Positions 40,117-50,869 are shown, counted from the stretch's first letter. The stretch is 64,000 bases of DNA from Terriglobia bacterium (GCA_963695545.1 OY968796.1:3744001-3808000), one strand, 5' to 3'. The notes: generated by a model not told the origin, from the letters alone. Made by a program: numbers and translations.

Positions 40117-40695
40117 ATGAAAACCCTTCTCGCAATTATCCTCCTGACAATCGCAGCGCCGGCCATTGCGCACGCCCAGGCGACTATCCCGCCGCCCACC
40201 GGTCCGCAAGTCACGGCCACTGGTCCGCAATCTGCCTCCGGATGCGGCTCGCCCAAAGAAGAATGGGACGTTACCACTGACGAAAAAAACCATCCCACCG
40301 CCGCGGCCGAAACCGCGAAGGCCCACCTCTATTTTATTCAAGACGATGCGCAGTACATACCGCACCCCCGCCCCACCACACGCTTCGGCGTTGACGGGGA
40401 ATGGGCCGGCGCAACCCACAGCAATTCCTATTTTTTCGCCGCCGTCGATCCCGGGGAACATCGCGTCTGCGTCAGTCGGCAAGGAATGAACGGCGCCGGC
40501 GGCGCACGCAGGGAATCCTCGCTCGATTTCACCGCCGAAGCCGGAACCGATTATTACTTCAGCGCCCGCGATATTTTCAGCGGCCCGCCTAACCCCGGTC
40601 CGCCGCCTATCGTGGTGTTCAGGCAAATCAACAGCGACGAGGCGCTGGGATTGATGAGCAAGTTCGCATTCGCGACGTCGACTCCGAAGAAGTGA
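40117..40695 (+). CDS. Exported hypothetical protein (DUF2846-like)
   Basis: Signal peptide ending AHA; VDGEWAGAT...YF...VDPGEH...AEAGTDYY pattern. Confidence 0.7.
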   Translation: MKTLLAIILLTIAAPAIAHAQATIPPPTGPQVTATGPQSASGCGSPKEEWDVTTDEKNHPTAAAETAKAHLYFIQDDAQYIPHPRPTTRFGVDGEWAGATHSNSYFFAAVDPGEHRVCVSRQGMNGAGGARRESSLDFTAEAGTDYYFSARDIFSGPPNPGPPPIVVFRQINSDEALGLMSKFAFATSTPKK

Positions 40696-40723
40696 ATCTG
40701 CCGGCGCGCGTCGCGCCAACCAC

Positions 40724-43700
40724 TCAAAATTCCACGCGGGCTTGAAACGCGATCATTCGCGGCGTGCTGTCGCCGCCCAATCCCACGCCGAGCAATCCGG
40801 TCGGCGGGGATGTGGTGTACCCGAGCGCGCCAAATCCGCTCTCGGTCGACGCGTTTCCGGGCACGCCGGCCAGCACCATCGTTGGCAGTCCGAAGTTCGG
40901 ATGGTTGAAGATATTGAAAAATTGCGCTTCAAATCGCAAATTCACCTGCTCGCTCAGCGGAAACAATTTCGTCAGATAAAAATCGCTCCAGACGAAATCG
41001 GGGCCGCGTAGCGCGTTGCGCCCCAGCGTTCCGAACTGGCAATTTTGCGGAGTATCGCCGCCGTAGCATGCGCCGGTGCTCGGATCGACGGCGGATACAA
41101 AAGCATTTGGATTGAGCCACTGGATCGTGCCCGGTTGCGTGACGCCCGGAATCGGATTGTGATCGTAGAGCGGCACGCCCAGAACGACGCTCGCGAATTG
41201 CGGTCCGCCGCCATTCACAATTCCCTCTCCGTTCGCGGAATACGGCGTGCTCAGCACGGAAAACGGAATGCCGCTGTGCACGAACAATGTACCGGAGATC
41301 TGCCAGCCATTCAGCGCGTGGCCAAGCAGGCGGCTGCGCACGTTGATCGGCAAATGGTAAACGTACTGCGCGTTCAAATTGTGCCGGATGTCGTAATCGC
41401 AAGGTCCGTGATCGCGCTCGAGCTCGCCCGGCAGCGGCGAAAGAATTCCGCCCGCGGAAAATTGCAAAAATCCGCCGTTCGAGACTTCGTCCATGCAGCG
41501 GCTGAACGTGTAGTTCACCTGCCCTTCGAGACCGTGCCCCAAGCGCTTCATCGCCGTCAGCTGCAGACCATCGTAGTGGCTGTTCGCGCCGGTCGAAAGT
41601 TGCGTCACCGCGCCGAATCGCGGATCGGTCGGCCGCTCATAAGGAAACGGCGCGAAGCAGCCATCGCAAACCGTCTGATAACCATTTGCCTGGGTCAAAT
41701 AAGGTTGATTGACGGCGCGCGTGCCGACGTATTGCGCGTGCACGCTCACTGTGCTTCCAAACTGATGCTCGATACCTGCGCTCCACTCCATGAAATACGG
41801 CGCGCGAAGCGTGCCATTCGGCACCGCCGTGATCGCCACGGGCGGCAAGCACGCCGAAGGATTCGCCGCGGGCGATGCGCATGACAACTCGCTCGCGGCG
41901 AATCCCGAATTAAATGCCTGATGCGCGGCCACAGTCGCATCGACCGCGCTGTTTGGCACGACCGGTGCAATCGCCGTCCCGCCGACGGTGCCCAGCAATC
42001 CGCCCTCGAACGTCTGCACATACGGCGGATTGACGCCGATGACGTCGGCGATACTGCCCGGCAAAATGTCGCTGAAAATTCCGAAACCAGTTCGCAACAC
42101 CGTGTCACGCGCGAATTGCCAGGCGATCGCGGTTCTCGGCTGCCAGATCGCGAGCGGCGTGGATGAAAATATGTTGCCGAGATGCGTATCGATCGCAAGA
42201 TCGAGCGGCTGATTCGCGTTGTGGGAAATCGAATCGAATGCGCTCGCCAGTCGCGCGATTTCGTCGTGTGGATTGAGCGGATTGGAATTGAACGTATCGC
42301 GAATCCCAATCGTCCACGTCAGTTTGCTGTTCACTTTCCAGGTGTCCTGCGCGTACAGATCGAGATTGAGGAAGTTGAACGGCTCGTTCGCCGACGTCGG
42401 AAACGATTCGCTCGCCGTGGATGCCGCGCCAAAAATATATTGCGCGAGCGTGGAGTAGGTCACCGTCGGAACCGAGCCTTCGCCGAAATCATAATCGTTC
42501 AGCCGCAGAATTCGGGTGTTGGTTCCAAAGCGCAGCTCGTGCGCGCCGCGGCTCCAGGCCAAATTGTCGTTGATAAAAACGCGCGATGCCCGCCGACCCT
42601 GAATCCAGGTATTGTCCAGTCCTCCGACCGTCGAGAATGGATTCGGACCTGTGCCTTCGAGCACGATGGGAAACGCGGCGAGCGTCGCGTCGAAATTGCT
42701 CGGACCGAATAAGCTCTCGTACCAGGAAAACGCCGGATTGAAATAATTCACCAGGCTCTGCGAAAACACATGCGTGTACCCCGCGGCAAACGAATAGAGC
42801 GGCTGCGGAGACACCGCGTCGAACAACGGGTTGATCGAATCCGTGTACGCGGCTTGCACGCCGGTGTCGGACTGCAAGCGCAGCCATGCGGTATCCTTCG
42901 CGTTGATGTTGTAGTCGATTCGGACAGTCTGCACCTGCTCGTGGTCGTCGCTCGATTGCGAAACGCTCTGCTTATTCGCGCAGCCGTCTCCGTCCGGCGA
43001 AGCGCCGCCCAGCAAAGCGCCGCCGGCATCGAGCGGACAACCAAGCATGGTCACGGGCGTCCCACTCGTGTTGCGGTATAACGAAAACATTTTCTGGTAA
43101 AACGGCACCAGCGCCGGCTCCGCCGGATAGCACGATCCCGCCGTGCAGCCGCTCGTTTGCCCCAGTGGAAGTTGCTGCAACACATAGTTCTGAAATGCAA
43201 CCGTCGGAACGGTGACCGGCGTAACGATCGGCAGCGCGATCCGTACCCACTCGCTATCGAAAAAGAAAAAGAGTTTGTTGTGCACGATCGGTCCGCCCAA
43301 ACTGCCGCCGAAATGGTTCACGGTCGATCGCGGCTTGTGATCTCCCGGCGCGGCGTCCGTGAAATAATCCGCCGCATTCAGCACGGAGCCGTTCCACAGT
43401 TCGTAAAGATTCCCGTGAAACTGGTTCGTGCCGGATTTCGTGACGTAATTCACCTGCGACGCTCCGTAGCGCCCCTGGTCCACGGCATAGGAAAGAGTGT
43501 TCACCGTCACTTCCGCGATCGAATTGAGGCCCAGAACCAGGTTCGTCGATAGACCGCTATTCAGATTTGTCAGCGGGTCATTCGTCTCGAGTCCGTCGAC
43601 GATGTATCCATTCGAGAGCGCCGGCAATCCATTGAACTCCACGTTACCGTACCCATTCGAGCTGCCCACGAAATCATTCCCGCTTCCCGCCGTATTGATC

Positions 43701-44233
43701 AGGGCGCCCGCCGAAAATTGCAGCGGATACGTCAAGTCGTTGCCCGGATTTGGGAGATTTTCGATCGCCGGAGCATTCAGATTCGTCGAGGTGTTCGGAT
43801 TCTCCGGATTGATCAGCGCGGCCTCGGCGCTCACAACTACAGACTGTTTTGACGCCGCGATTCTCAGCGCGAAATTGACCGTCTGCCGCTGTCCCAGCCC
43901 CGCCGTGAGATTGTCCGTCTCCTGCGTGGCAAACCCCGCCGCGTCCACCTTCACCGAGTAAGGCCCCGGCTTAAGCTGCGGAAAATCGAACCGGCCGGAA
44001 GCGTCGGTCGTAGCACTGCGCTCGAGTCCGGTCTCCTGATTCGTCACGCTCACCGTCGCGCCCGGCACCGCCCCTCCGTTCGCGTCGGTCACCTGCCCCA
44101 CAATCGCGCTGGTAGTTTCGCCCTGCGCCCGAGCCGGAGCCGCTGCCACAAAGAAGCGCGCGCCGAACACGAAGACGAACAAGATAAATCGCGTCACCGT
44201 GCCGGCAATTCCGAACTTGAAAGTGCTACGCAT
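40724..44233 (-). CDS. TonB-dependent receptor, Oar-like
   Basis: Signal peptide, GQVTDANGGAVPGATV, TKSGTNQFHG, C-terminal FQARVEF. Confidence 0.92.
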   Translation of the reverse strand: MRSTFKFGIAGTVTRFILFVFVFGARFFVAAAPARAQGETTSAIVGQVTDANGGAVPGATVSVTNQETGLERSATTDASGRFDFPQLKPGPYSVKVDAAGFATQETDNLTAGLGQRQTVNFALRIAASKQSVVVSAEAALINPENPNTSTNLNAPAIENLPNPGNDLTYPLQFSAGALINTAGSGNDFVGSSNGYGNVEFNGLPALSNGYIVDGLETNDPLTNLNSGLSTNLVLGLNSIAEVTVNTLSYAVDQGRYGASQVNYVTKSGTNQFHGNLYELWNGSVLNAADYFTDAAPGDHKPRSTVNHFGGSLGGPIVHNKLFFFFDSEWVRIALPIVTPVTVPTVAFQNYVLQQLPLGQTSGCTAGSCYPAEPALVPFYQKMFSLYRNTSGTPVTMLGCPLDAGGALLGGASPDGDGCANKQSVSQSSDDHEQVQTVRIDYNINAKDTAWLRLQSDTGVQAAYTDSINPLFDAVSPQPLYSFAAGYTHVFSQSLVNYFNPAFSWYESLFGPSNFDATLAAFPIVLEGTGPNPFSTVGGLDNTWIQGRRASRVFINDNLAWSRGAHELRFGTNTRILRLNDYDFGEGSVPTVTYSTLAQYIFGAASTASESFPTSANEPFNFLNLDLYAQDTWKVNSKLTWTIGIRDTFNSNPLNPHDEIARLASAFDSISHNANQPLDLAIDTHLGNIFSSTPLAIWQPRTAIAWQFARDTVLRTGFGIFSDILPGSIADVIGVNPPYVQTFEGGLLGTVGGTAIAPVVPNSAVDATVAAHQAFNSGFAASELSCASPAANPSACLPPVAITAVPNGTLRAPYFMEWSAGIEHQFGSTVSVHAQYVGTRAVNQPYLTQANGYQTVCDGCFAPFPYERPTDPRFGAVTQLSTGANSHYDGLQLTAMKRLGHGLEGQVNYTFSRCMDEVSNGGFLQFSAGGILSPLPGELERDHGPCDYDIRHNLNAQYVYHLPINVRSRLLGHALNGWQISGTLFVHSGIPFSVLSTPYSANGEGIVNGGGPQFASVVLGVPLYDHNPIPGVTQPGTIQWLNPNAFVSAVDPSTGACYGGDTPQNCQFGTLGRNALRGPDFVWSDFYLTKLFPLSEQVNLRFEAQFFNIFNHPNFGLPTMVLAGVPGNASTESGFGALGYTTSPPTGLLGVGLGGDSTPRMIAFQARVEF

Positions 44234-44499
44234 CGAGATTTCCCGCTCACCGAAGACACTCTCAAAATGTCCCGTTGCGGAACATCGAGGTCCGCAATAG
44301 TTAAGCGCAGGTGATGAGCGATAGTAATCTAAGTTAACTACGGAAGTAAAGCGTGGTTTATTCGATGCGTTGCGCGCGCGAAACAGCGATCCAATGTGAT
44401 CCTGGTGAAGGAAACTGGCAAACGAAACGGAGGACGCTTGCCTTCAGATGGCGAGGGGCAAGCAGCTGACAATTGGCAAGAAGCGCAGCGGCGCGAGCC

Positions 44500-45297
44500 T
44501 CACTCCGCTGTCTGCTGTTGCTCCGGAGTTTCCTTGCTGGGGATGAAATAGACTTCTTCCTTCATCTGGTCCTTCTGCCAGCCGCGCCGGTGCAGGATCC
44601 CCTTGCCGTTCTCGATCATCGTCGGATGACCGCACAAGTAGATGCTCGTGTTTTCGGGCGTCAATCCCCAGGAATCCGTGTACTTGCGGATCAAATCATC
44701 GACGCGCCCCGTTTCTCCGCGCCACGCCGTGTCTTCCCACGGCCGGCTCACGCTCGGCACGTATGTGAGCCACGGCGCCTCGGCCGCGTACCGCTCAATC
44801 TCCGCGCTGTAACCGAACTCCCACGAACGGCTCGCGCCATTCAGCAGAAACAGTTTGTGCTCGCCCGCGAATTTGCCGTCCTTCCAATCGCGATACAGCG
44901 TACGCGCGTAACTCACGAACGGCGCGATCCCCGTCACCGTGGAAACGCACAGATGATTCGGCCGCCCGCTCTTGGTGTCCAGAGTGAATCGCCCTTTGGC
45001 CGCCTTGCGGCAACTCAGCGTGTCGCCGACATTCAATTTGTAGAGCAGCGGCGTCAGCGCGCCCTGCGGCACAAGCTCGACGAAAAATTCCAGCTGCGGC
45101 TCATAAGGCGAGGAAACGATCGAGTACGCACGCTCAATCAGCTTGTCCGACCCCTCAACGCCGAGCGTGGCGTATTGCCCGGCCGCGAACCGGAATTCCC
45201 CGCCCGGGTCTACTCGCACCATCCACAGGTCCGAGGCAAACTCTTTCCGCTCGACGACGCGCGCCTGGTAGAACTTATCGGGCGCTGAAGCCATCAC
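44500..45297 (-). CDS. fpr: Ferredoxin--NADP+ reductase (bacterial type)
   Basis: RAYSIVS, GALTPLL, TVTGIAPF, YLCGHP. Confidence 0.88.
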   Translation of the reverse strand: MMASAPDKFYQARVVERKEFASDLWMVRVDPGGEFRFAAGQYATLGVEGSDKLIERAYSIVSSPYEPQLEFFVELVPQGALTPLLYKLNVGDTLSCRKAAKGRFTLDTKSGRPNHLCVSTVTGIAPFVSYARTLYRDWKDGKFAGEHKLFLLNGASRSWEFGYSAEIERYAAEAPWLTYVPSVSRPWEDTAWRGETGRVDDLIRKYTDSWGLTPENTSIYLCGHPTMIENGKGILHRRGWQKDQMKEEVYFIPSKETPEQQQTAE

Positions 45298-45368
45298 GCA
45301 TCTCCTCTAGTTTTGTGAAAAACGACGTCTCAGGCCATCGCCCCCGGAAGGCGGCCGGACGCGCGGGT

Positions 45369-46088
45369 TTAATGCTGGGGCGGCCCGCCCATGCCACCCA
45401 TATTGGGCATCTGCATCTTGACCGGCGTGCCAGTGATCATGTCCTTCGCGTCGGTGAGGACCTTATTGAGCACCATGGTCGTGCCCGTGTGGTCTGTCAT
45501 CTTCACCAGGCCCCACGGCGAGACCTTGGTCGAAACCCAGACGTCGTCGCCGGCATTGGTCCGATAGTGCTCGCACGCGAACGTTCCGGCAGGCACGGTC
45601 ACGCTTTCAATTCCCATGTCCTGCCCTTCTTTGCTGATGTCGGCCGATTGCGGCGGCGGCGTGCGACCACTCATCGCCTGCATCGACTGTATATCCATTT
45701 CCATCGGCGGCTGCGGCGGCATCTGCATAATCATTGTTGTGCTCGCCATGTTCATTCCGTCAATCACGGTCAGCATCTTCATATACATGGTGCCGCCGGA
45801 GCGGGGGTTCTGCGTGGTGATCTCGAGCCAGTAGCCGGTCTTGCCGTTCACGTCTTCCTTGCCGACCACGGCGATATCCATGGTGTTCGGCGCCGGCTGA
45901 TTCGCTCTCGTGATCACGTACTCGCCGCCCTGCCCGATTACTGGATTGAAGATTCCTTTAAATTGCGAAGCCGCGCCGCCGCCCATCATGCCGCCCATTT
46001 GTGCAGAAGCCGTCGCCGCGCCGGCCAGAACCAGCGCCGCGCATACCGCACACATCCATATTTTCCCCAGGTGATTTGAAATTCGCAT
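45369..46088 (-). CDS. Exported Met-rich hypothetical protein
   Basis: Signal peptide ending ASA; ESVTVPAGTFAC motif; GGAG RBS. Confidence 0.75.
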   Translation of the reverse strand: MRISNHLGKIWMCAVCAALVLAGAATASAQMGGMMGGGAASQFKGIFNPVIGQGGEYVITRANQPAPNTMDIAVVGKEDVNGKTGYWLEITTQNPRSGGTMYMKMLTVIDGMNMASTTMIMQMPPQPPMEMDIQSMQAMSGRTPPPQSADISKEGQDMGIESVTVPAGTFACEHYRTNAGDDVWVSTKVSPWGLVKMTDHTGTTMVLNKVLTDAKDMITGTPVKMQMPNMGGMGGPPQH

Positions 46089-46129
46089 CGCTTGGCTCCC
46101 TTGCGAAAGAATGCGCGCGTGGCGCGGGC

Positions 46130-46840
46130 CTAAAGATCCAAACCGCTCTGTCCGGTCATTTTCGTGAAGTCGAAGTGCGTCTTGAGCTCGAATCTGCCGA
46201 CCTTACACACGAAATCGACGCCCTTCGCGTTCGCCGGGAAGGCGGGCGTCCCGTCTGGGTTCGTTTTCGCAAAATGAAACGTCATCGCCTGCACTGTTTT
46301 TCCATCCGGCCCGCGGCCCAGATCCACTTTTACCGCAGTGAACGTTTGTCCCGCGTCCTTGTTCACGAGCGTCGTGCCCTGTCGCACCTTGTCGATCGCG
46401 TCGGTGGTATCGAGCGGGCCAAACGGCGTCATGTCGCCGATCAGCGCGATGTCGTAGGTGTCCGACACGGTGTTCGCGTACTTTTCCGCGTCGTCCATGC
46501 TCCCCGCATTGTGGAATTCGGCGTTGCGAGCCACAGCGTGGTGCACCGTAACCGCCGAAGTCCAGCGCACCGTGAACGTCGAGGTCGAGCCGACGGCGCC
46601 GGTCGGCGGTGGCGGCCCGCCCTCGCTCGCCGCGCCGCTCGCGCCCGGAGCAGCGGGCGTCGTCCAATACTTCCCGATTTCAACCGATTTCACCCAAGGC
46701 GAATCGTTCAGGATTTTGTCGACGTCCTTCGCGTCCCACTGCTTATAATCCTTCACTCTCCAAACGTCTGTCGCCAGCGCCGTGCCGGCCATCGCCAGCG
46801 CGATCAAAAACGCAGCCGTCCGCGCATACGTCTTCGACAC
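46130..46840 (-). CDS. Exported hypothetical protein
   Basis: GAGGAGG RBS, GTG start, signal peptide ending ALA. Confidence 0.75.
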   Translation of the reverse strand: MSKTYARTAAFLIALAMAGTALATDVWRVKDYKQWDAKDVDKILNDSPWVKSVEIGKYWTTPAAPGASGAASEGGPPPPTGAVGSTSTFTVRWTSAVTVHHAVARNAEFHNAGSMDDAEKYANTVSDTYDIALIGDMTPFGPLDTTDAIDKVRQGTTLVNKDAGQTFTAVKVDLGRGPDGKTVQAMTFHFAKTNPDGTPAFPANAKGVDFVCKVGRFELKTHFDFTKMTGQSGLDL

Positions 46841-46921
46841 TCATCCTCCTCGATTCCCTGCTCAGACCGACCAGCGTTGTATCAGATTCCCGACAACCGG
46901 CGCAACCAACCCTCGCGCCGC

Positions 46922-48034
46922 CTATTCGTAAGCCAACGCGTCCACCGGATCGCTCGCCGCGGCTCGCAGCGCCGGAAAAAGCGCTCCCGCGAAGGCTCCC
47001 AAGATCGTCAGCCCGATGGCGCGCAACACCCACACCGGCGCGATCAGCACCGGCAGCGTCGGCGAGGTGTGCCGCAACACTTCCAGAATCACGCCCGTAA
47101 GCACCAGACCCACCGCCACCGCGAGGCCCGCCATCACCAGCGCCTCCACCGCAATCAGCCCGCATACTTCCGTCTTCGAGAAGCCCAGCGCCTTCATGAT
47201 CCCGATCTCCCGCGTCCGCTCCAGCACCAGCGTGTGCATCGTCAGCAGCACCACCAAAAAACTAATTGCCACTCCCAGCCCCACGAACGACCGGATAAAC
47301 GGATTTAGCCCCGGCAGGTTGGTCGACGAGATCAGCGTCAAATACTCCGCCATAGACTGCACTTTGGAATCCGGCACCAGCTTCACGATTTCCGCGCGCA
47401 CTGCGTCCGTATTCCCGTCGCTGCGCACGTAAAACATCGAAGCGCGTCCTTCCGCGTTCTGAATGTACTGCGCCGTCGCCAACGGAATGAAGAATCGCGC
47501 CCCTTTGCCGTGCAGCACGATTCCGCAGACTACGAATTGATGGTCCACCAGACTCACCACGCTGCCCACTTTCAAATGCTTCGCGCGCGCCACCAGATCG
47601 TCGGCCAGCACTTGATTCGGCGCCGTGAAGGGACCGCCGGAAATAAACTTGAATCCCTGGCTCAGCCCCGCAAACCGGTCGTAGTCAATGCCATCGATGA
47701 TCACCAGGTTCCCTTCGCCCACCGCGTTCACGATCAGCACCGGAGCGACATCGGCCACGCCCGGAAGGTGCGCGATCTTATCGCCGAGCGATTCCGGCAT
47801 CACCGCGCTCGAAAACGCGAAAAATATCGACGAGTTCGGCGGCTGCACGATGATGTCCGCGCCCACGCCTTCCTGGCGCGTCCGCCAATCCGACAGCATG
47901 CCCGACGTAAATCCCACAATGAATAGGATCAGAAAGACCTGCAAGGACATAGCCGCCACGCTCAGCGTCGAGCGCAACGGCCGCACGCCCAAATTGTTCC
48001 ACACCAGCCGCCAGTAGAGGAATCGGGAGTCCAT
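46922..48034 (-). CDS. ABC transporter permease (FtsX/MacB family)
   Basis: ERTREIGIMKALG, PALRAAASDPVDALAYE. Confidence 0.9.
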   Translation of the reverse strand: MDSRFLYWRLVWNNLGVRPLRSTLSVAAMSLQVFLILFIVGFTSGMLSDWRTRQEGVGADIIVQPPNSSIFFAFSSAVMPESLGDKIAHLPGVADVAPVLIVNAVGEGNLVIIDGIDYDRFAGLSQGFKFISGGPFTAPNQVLADDLVARAKHLKVGSVVSLVDHQFVVCGIVLHGKGARFFIPLATAQYIQNAEGRASMFYVRSDGNTDAVRAEIVKLVPDSKVQSMAEYLTLISSTNLPGLNPFIRSFVGLGVAISFLVVLLTMHTLVLERTREIGIMKALGFSKTEVCGLIAVEALVMAGLAVAVGLVLTGVILEVLRHTSPTLPVLIAPVWVLRAIGLTILGAFAGALFPALRAAASDPVDALAYE

Positions 48035-48374
48035 TCGTTTCGATCGAAGAAAAATCCTGCAATCAGGTCGGCAGGTACTCTAGCATTGCGCCGCGAGCCG
48101 GTCAAAGTTCGCGCCGCCGCAATCGGCGGGCCAACCTGTGCCGCAGTCCGCGCGCCGCCGCATATTAATTTTCGATGATTTCAACAGTTGTGTTGAAAAG
48201 TTTGTGGAAAAGAATCCCATCCGCCGCGTAACCGAGCGTAGCTTCTCGCGTTTACGCAAATTGCACACAGATGGTGCAGCTAACGCCGCCGCGGCTCGGC
48301 TAAGATCTCGCCAGGAAAAAACGGATGTGCGCGTAGGAAAAAATTTGCAGCAAGCCGCCGCAACTTCAATGCGA

Positions 48375-48911
48375 TCAATACCAACGCGGAGGCCGCACCA
48401 GCTGGATGTCGATTGTCTGCTGATCGGAATCGACATCGTAGTACTCGCCGAACGTTTTCCAGCCCGTAGCCACGATCTGAATCAGCACTTTGCCCTGCGG
48501 AATGTCCGGCGCGCGCGCCACGCCCTCTTGATTCGTCTTCAAATCGAACTCGAGCTTCTGATCCCGTAGCCTTTTGCGAACCACCGTGAACTTCACATAC
48601 ACGCTCGCCTCTTGTACCGGCACCTTGTCGGTGCCGCCCACCACATCGATATTCAACCACGACGCGATCACCACAGGCGCGTCGTCTTTAGGTGTCTTCT
48701 CTTTCTTGCTCTTAGCATCGTCAGGGGCTGGCGCCGCAGTAGAACCCCCCGGCGGCGCGGATGTGCTGCCCGAGGAATCCGCCGCGGGCGGTGGCGCCTG
48801 CGTCGCCGCGGGAGCCTGCGCCCGCGCCGAAATGGAAAACAACGCGACGATCAGCGCCAGCAAATGCACTTTCGCCGATCGCCCCGTCAGCCTTCGCTCG
48901 CCGCCTCGCAT
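48375..48911 (-). CDS. Exported protein with carboxypeptidase regulatory-like domain
   Basis: Signal peptide ending ARA, Pro/Ala linker, KTNQEGVA...IPQGKVLIQIVATGWKT; start uncertain. Confidence 0.7.
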   Translation of the reverse strand: MRGGERRLTGRSAKVHLLALIVALFSISARAQAPAATQAPPPAADSSGSTSAPPGGSTAAPAPDDAKSKKEKTPKDDAPVVIASWLNIDVVGGTDKVPVQEASVYVKFTVVRKRLRDQKLEFDLKTNQEGVARAPDIPQGKVLIQIVATGWKTFGEYYDVDSDQQTIDIQLVRPPRWY

Positions 48912-49100
48912 CACTCTCGATTGACTGCGGCAATCGCCTGCGCTAACTTCGATTCGCACGTTTCGCACTCTGCGGCACCGCCATTTCTCTTACGCCGCCC
49001 AGAAAATTTGTGCAAGAGGATTCCGCGCGCGCCCGAGGCCAAGCCCGATGCGCACCGGAGTTCCAAGGTTTTCCAGGCGGGGGCGCGCATCTGCCCGCCG

Positions 49101-49116
49101 CGCCGAAGCTTCGGCG
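49101..49116. repeat. 16-bp perfect palindrome (REP-like)
   Basis: CGCCGAAGCTTCGGCG. Confidence 0.55.
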
Positions 49117-49152
49117 AAGGCCGACCCGCTTTTCCGCTAAAGGAGACTCCGC

Positions 49153-50292
49153 ATGGGTTTTGCAACCGATGCGATTCACGTCGGACAAGAACCGGACCCC
49201 GCCACCGGCGCCATCGTCGCTCCCATTTACCAGACCTCGACCTTCGTGCAGGACTCGTTCGGTCAGAACAAAGGCTACGACTACGCCCGCACCACCCATC
49301 CGAACCGCCAGGCTCTCGAGCGCACCATGGCGCGCCTCGAAGGCGGCACGGCAGCCTATGTTTTCACGTCGGGCATGGCCGGAATCGACGCCGTCTTTCG
49401 CCTGCTGCGCCCCGGCGATCACGCCATCATTTCCGAATCGGTTTACGGCGGCGTCTTTCGCCTGACCACTCAATTCCTCGTTCAATTCGGCCTCGAATTC
49501 AGCTTTGTCGACACTTCTTCGCCCGAAGCCGTCGAGCGCGCCATCAAGCCCGCCACGCGCATGATCTATGTCGAAACTCCCACCAATCCCACCATGAAAG
49601 TCACCGACATCGCGGCCATCGCGCAGATTGCCACCGCGCACAAATTGATCCTCGTCGTGGACAACACCTTCCTCAGCCCCTACTTCCAGCAACCCATCAA
49701 GCTCGGCGCGCGCATCGTGGTCCATTCCATGACCAAATATCTAAATGGCCACACGGACGCCGTCGGCGGCGCGGTCGTGCTCACGCAGCCTGACGACGCC
49801 GAACGCATCTATTTCGTGCAGCGCTCCGCCGGCGCGGGCCTCGCGCCCATGGATTGCTTCCTCGTTTCGCGCGGCATCAAAACGCTCGCCGTGCGCATGG
49901 CGCAGCACGAAGCCAACGGCATCGCGCTCGCCCGCTTCCTTGAAAATCATCCCAAGGTGCAGCGCGTTCTCTATCCCGGACTTCCCGGCCATCCCCAGCA
50001 CGAAATCGCGCGACGCCAGCAGACCGGCTTCGGCGGCATGATCTCTTTCGACGTCACCACCCTGCCCGCCGCGCGCACGCTCCTCAATCACGTCAAGCTC
50101 TGCTCGCTTGCCGAAAGCCTCGGCGGCGTCGAAACCCTGATTTCCCATCCCGCCAGCATGACCCATTCCTCGATTCCCATCGAGGTGCGCAATCAGATCG
50201 GCATCACCGAGGGCCTCATCCGCCTCTCCGTCGGCATCGAAGACGTAGAAGACCTGGTCGCCGATCTCGATCAAGCCCTTTCGCACGTCTAG
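49153..50292 (+). CDS. Cystathionine gamma-lyase/synthase (Cys/Met metabolism PLP enzyme)
   Basis: PIYQTSTF, ETPTNP, VDNTF, HSMTKYLNGH, AESLGGVETL, RLSVGIED. Confidence 0.93.
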   Translation: MGFATDAIHVGQEPDPATGAIVAPIYQTSTFVQDSFGQNKGYDYARTTHPNRQALERTMARLEGGTAAYVFTSGMAGIDAVFRLLRPGDHAIISESVYGGVFRLTTQFLVQFGLEFSFVDTSSPEAVERAIKPATRMIYVETPTNPTMKVTDIAAIAQIATAHKLILVVDNTFLSPYFQQPIKLGARIVVHSMTKYLNGHTDAVGGAVVLTQPDDAERIYFVQRSAGAGLAPMDCFLVSRGIKTLAVRMAQHEANGIALARFLENHPKVQRVLYPGLPGHPQHEIARRQQTGFGGMISFDVTTLPAARTLLNHVKLCSLAESLGGVETLISHPASMTHSSIPIEVRNQIGITEGLIRLSVGIEDVEDLVADLDQALSHV

Positions 50293-50342
50293 CGACGCTG
50301 CGCTTGGAGGCCGACAAAAACAGTGCTAGGCTGGAAAGTGTT

Positions 50343-50630
50343 ATGAGCAAACAGCAATATACGATTCAGATTCCGGCGTCGGTCGGCCGACGTGTCGTGC
50401 GTAGAGCCCGGCAAGAGAAACGAAACCCGTCCGAACTTGCCGTCGAAGCGCTCCAGCGATACATCGCCTTGCCGAACTTTCCAGAAGAGACGCCCACGCC
50501 CGCCGAACTGACTGCGATCCGCCGAGGCGAAGCTGCGATCAAGCGCGGCGACTTCACTACCCTAGATGAACTCCGCCGAAAAGAAGCCGTGGCGCGTCGT
50601 CCTCGCCGGACCCGCGCAAAAGTCTCTTAG
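50343..50630 (+). CDS. Putative antitoxin (ribbon-helix-helix-like N-terminus)
   Basis: YTIQIP...PSELAVEALQRY; directly upstream of and overlapping a RelE-like gene. Confidence 0.7.
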   Translation: MSKQQYTIQIPASVGRRVVRRARQEKRNPSELAVEALQRYIALPNFPEETPTPAELTAIRRGEAAIKRGDFTTLDELRRKEAVARRPRRTRAKVS

Positions 50631-50838
50631 GCGAATCCCGCCCCCGGACTTGGCGCGCGTGCGCGCTGCCTTGGACGAAATGGAGGCGGATCCTTTTTCC
50701 GGCGATATCAAATATCTGGCGGGCGCCCCCCGACTTCGGCGTCGCGTGGGTAATTGGCGCATCTTCTTTCGAGTCGAGCGCGCTGAAAATACGATCTACA
50801 TTTCTGCGATCGAGAGACGAACCACGACGACCTATTGA
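50566..50838 (+). CDS. RelE/ParE-family toxin
   Basis: AQKSLRRI, DPFSGDIKYL, RRRVGNWRIFF, IERRTTTTY. Confidence 0.85.
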   Translation: MNSAEKKPWRVVLAGPAQKSLRRIPPPDLARVRAALDEMEADPFSGDIKYLAGAPRLRRRVGNWRIFFRVERAENTIYISAIERRTTTTY

Positions 50839-50869
50839 TCTCGGTAGACGTCGCCATCAGCACATCGCT

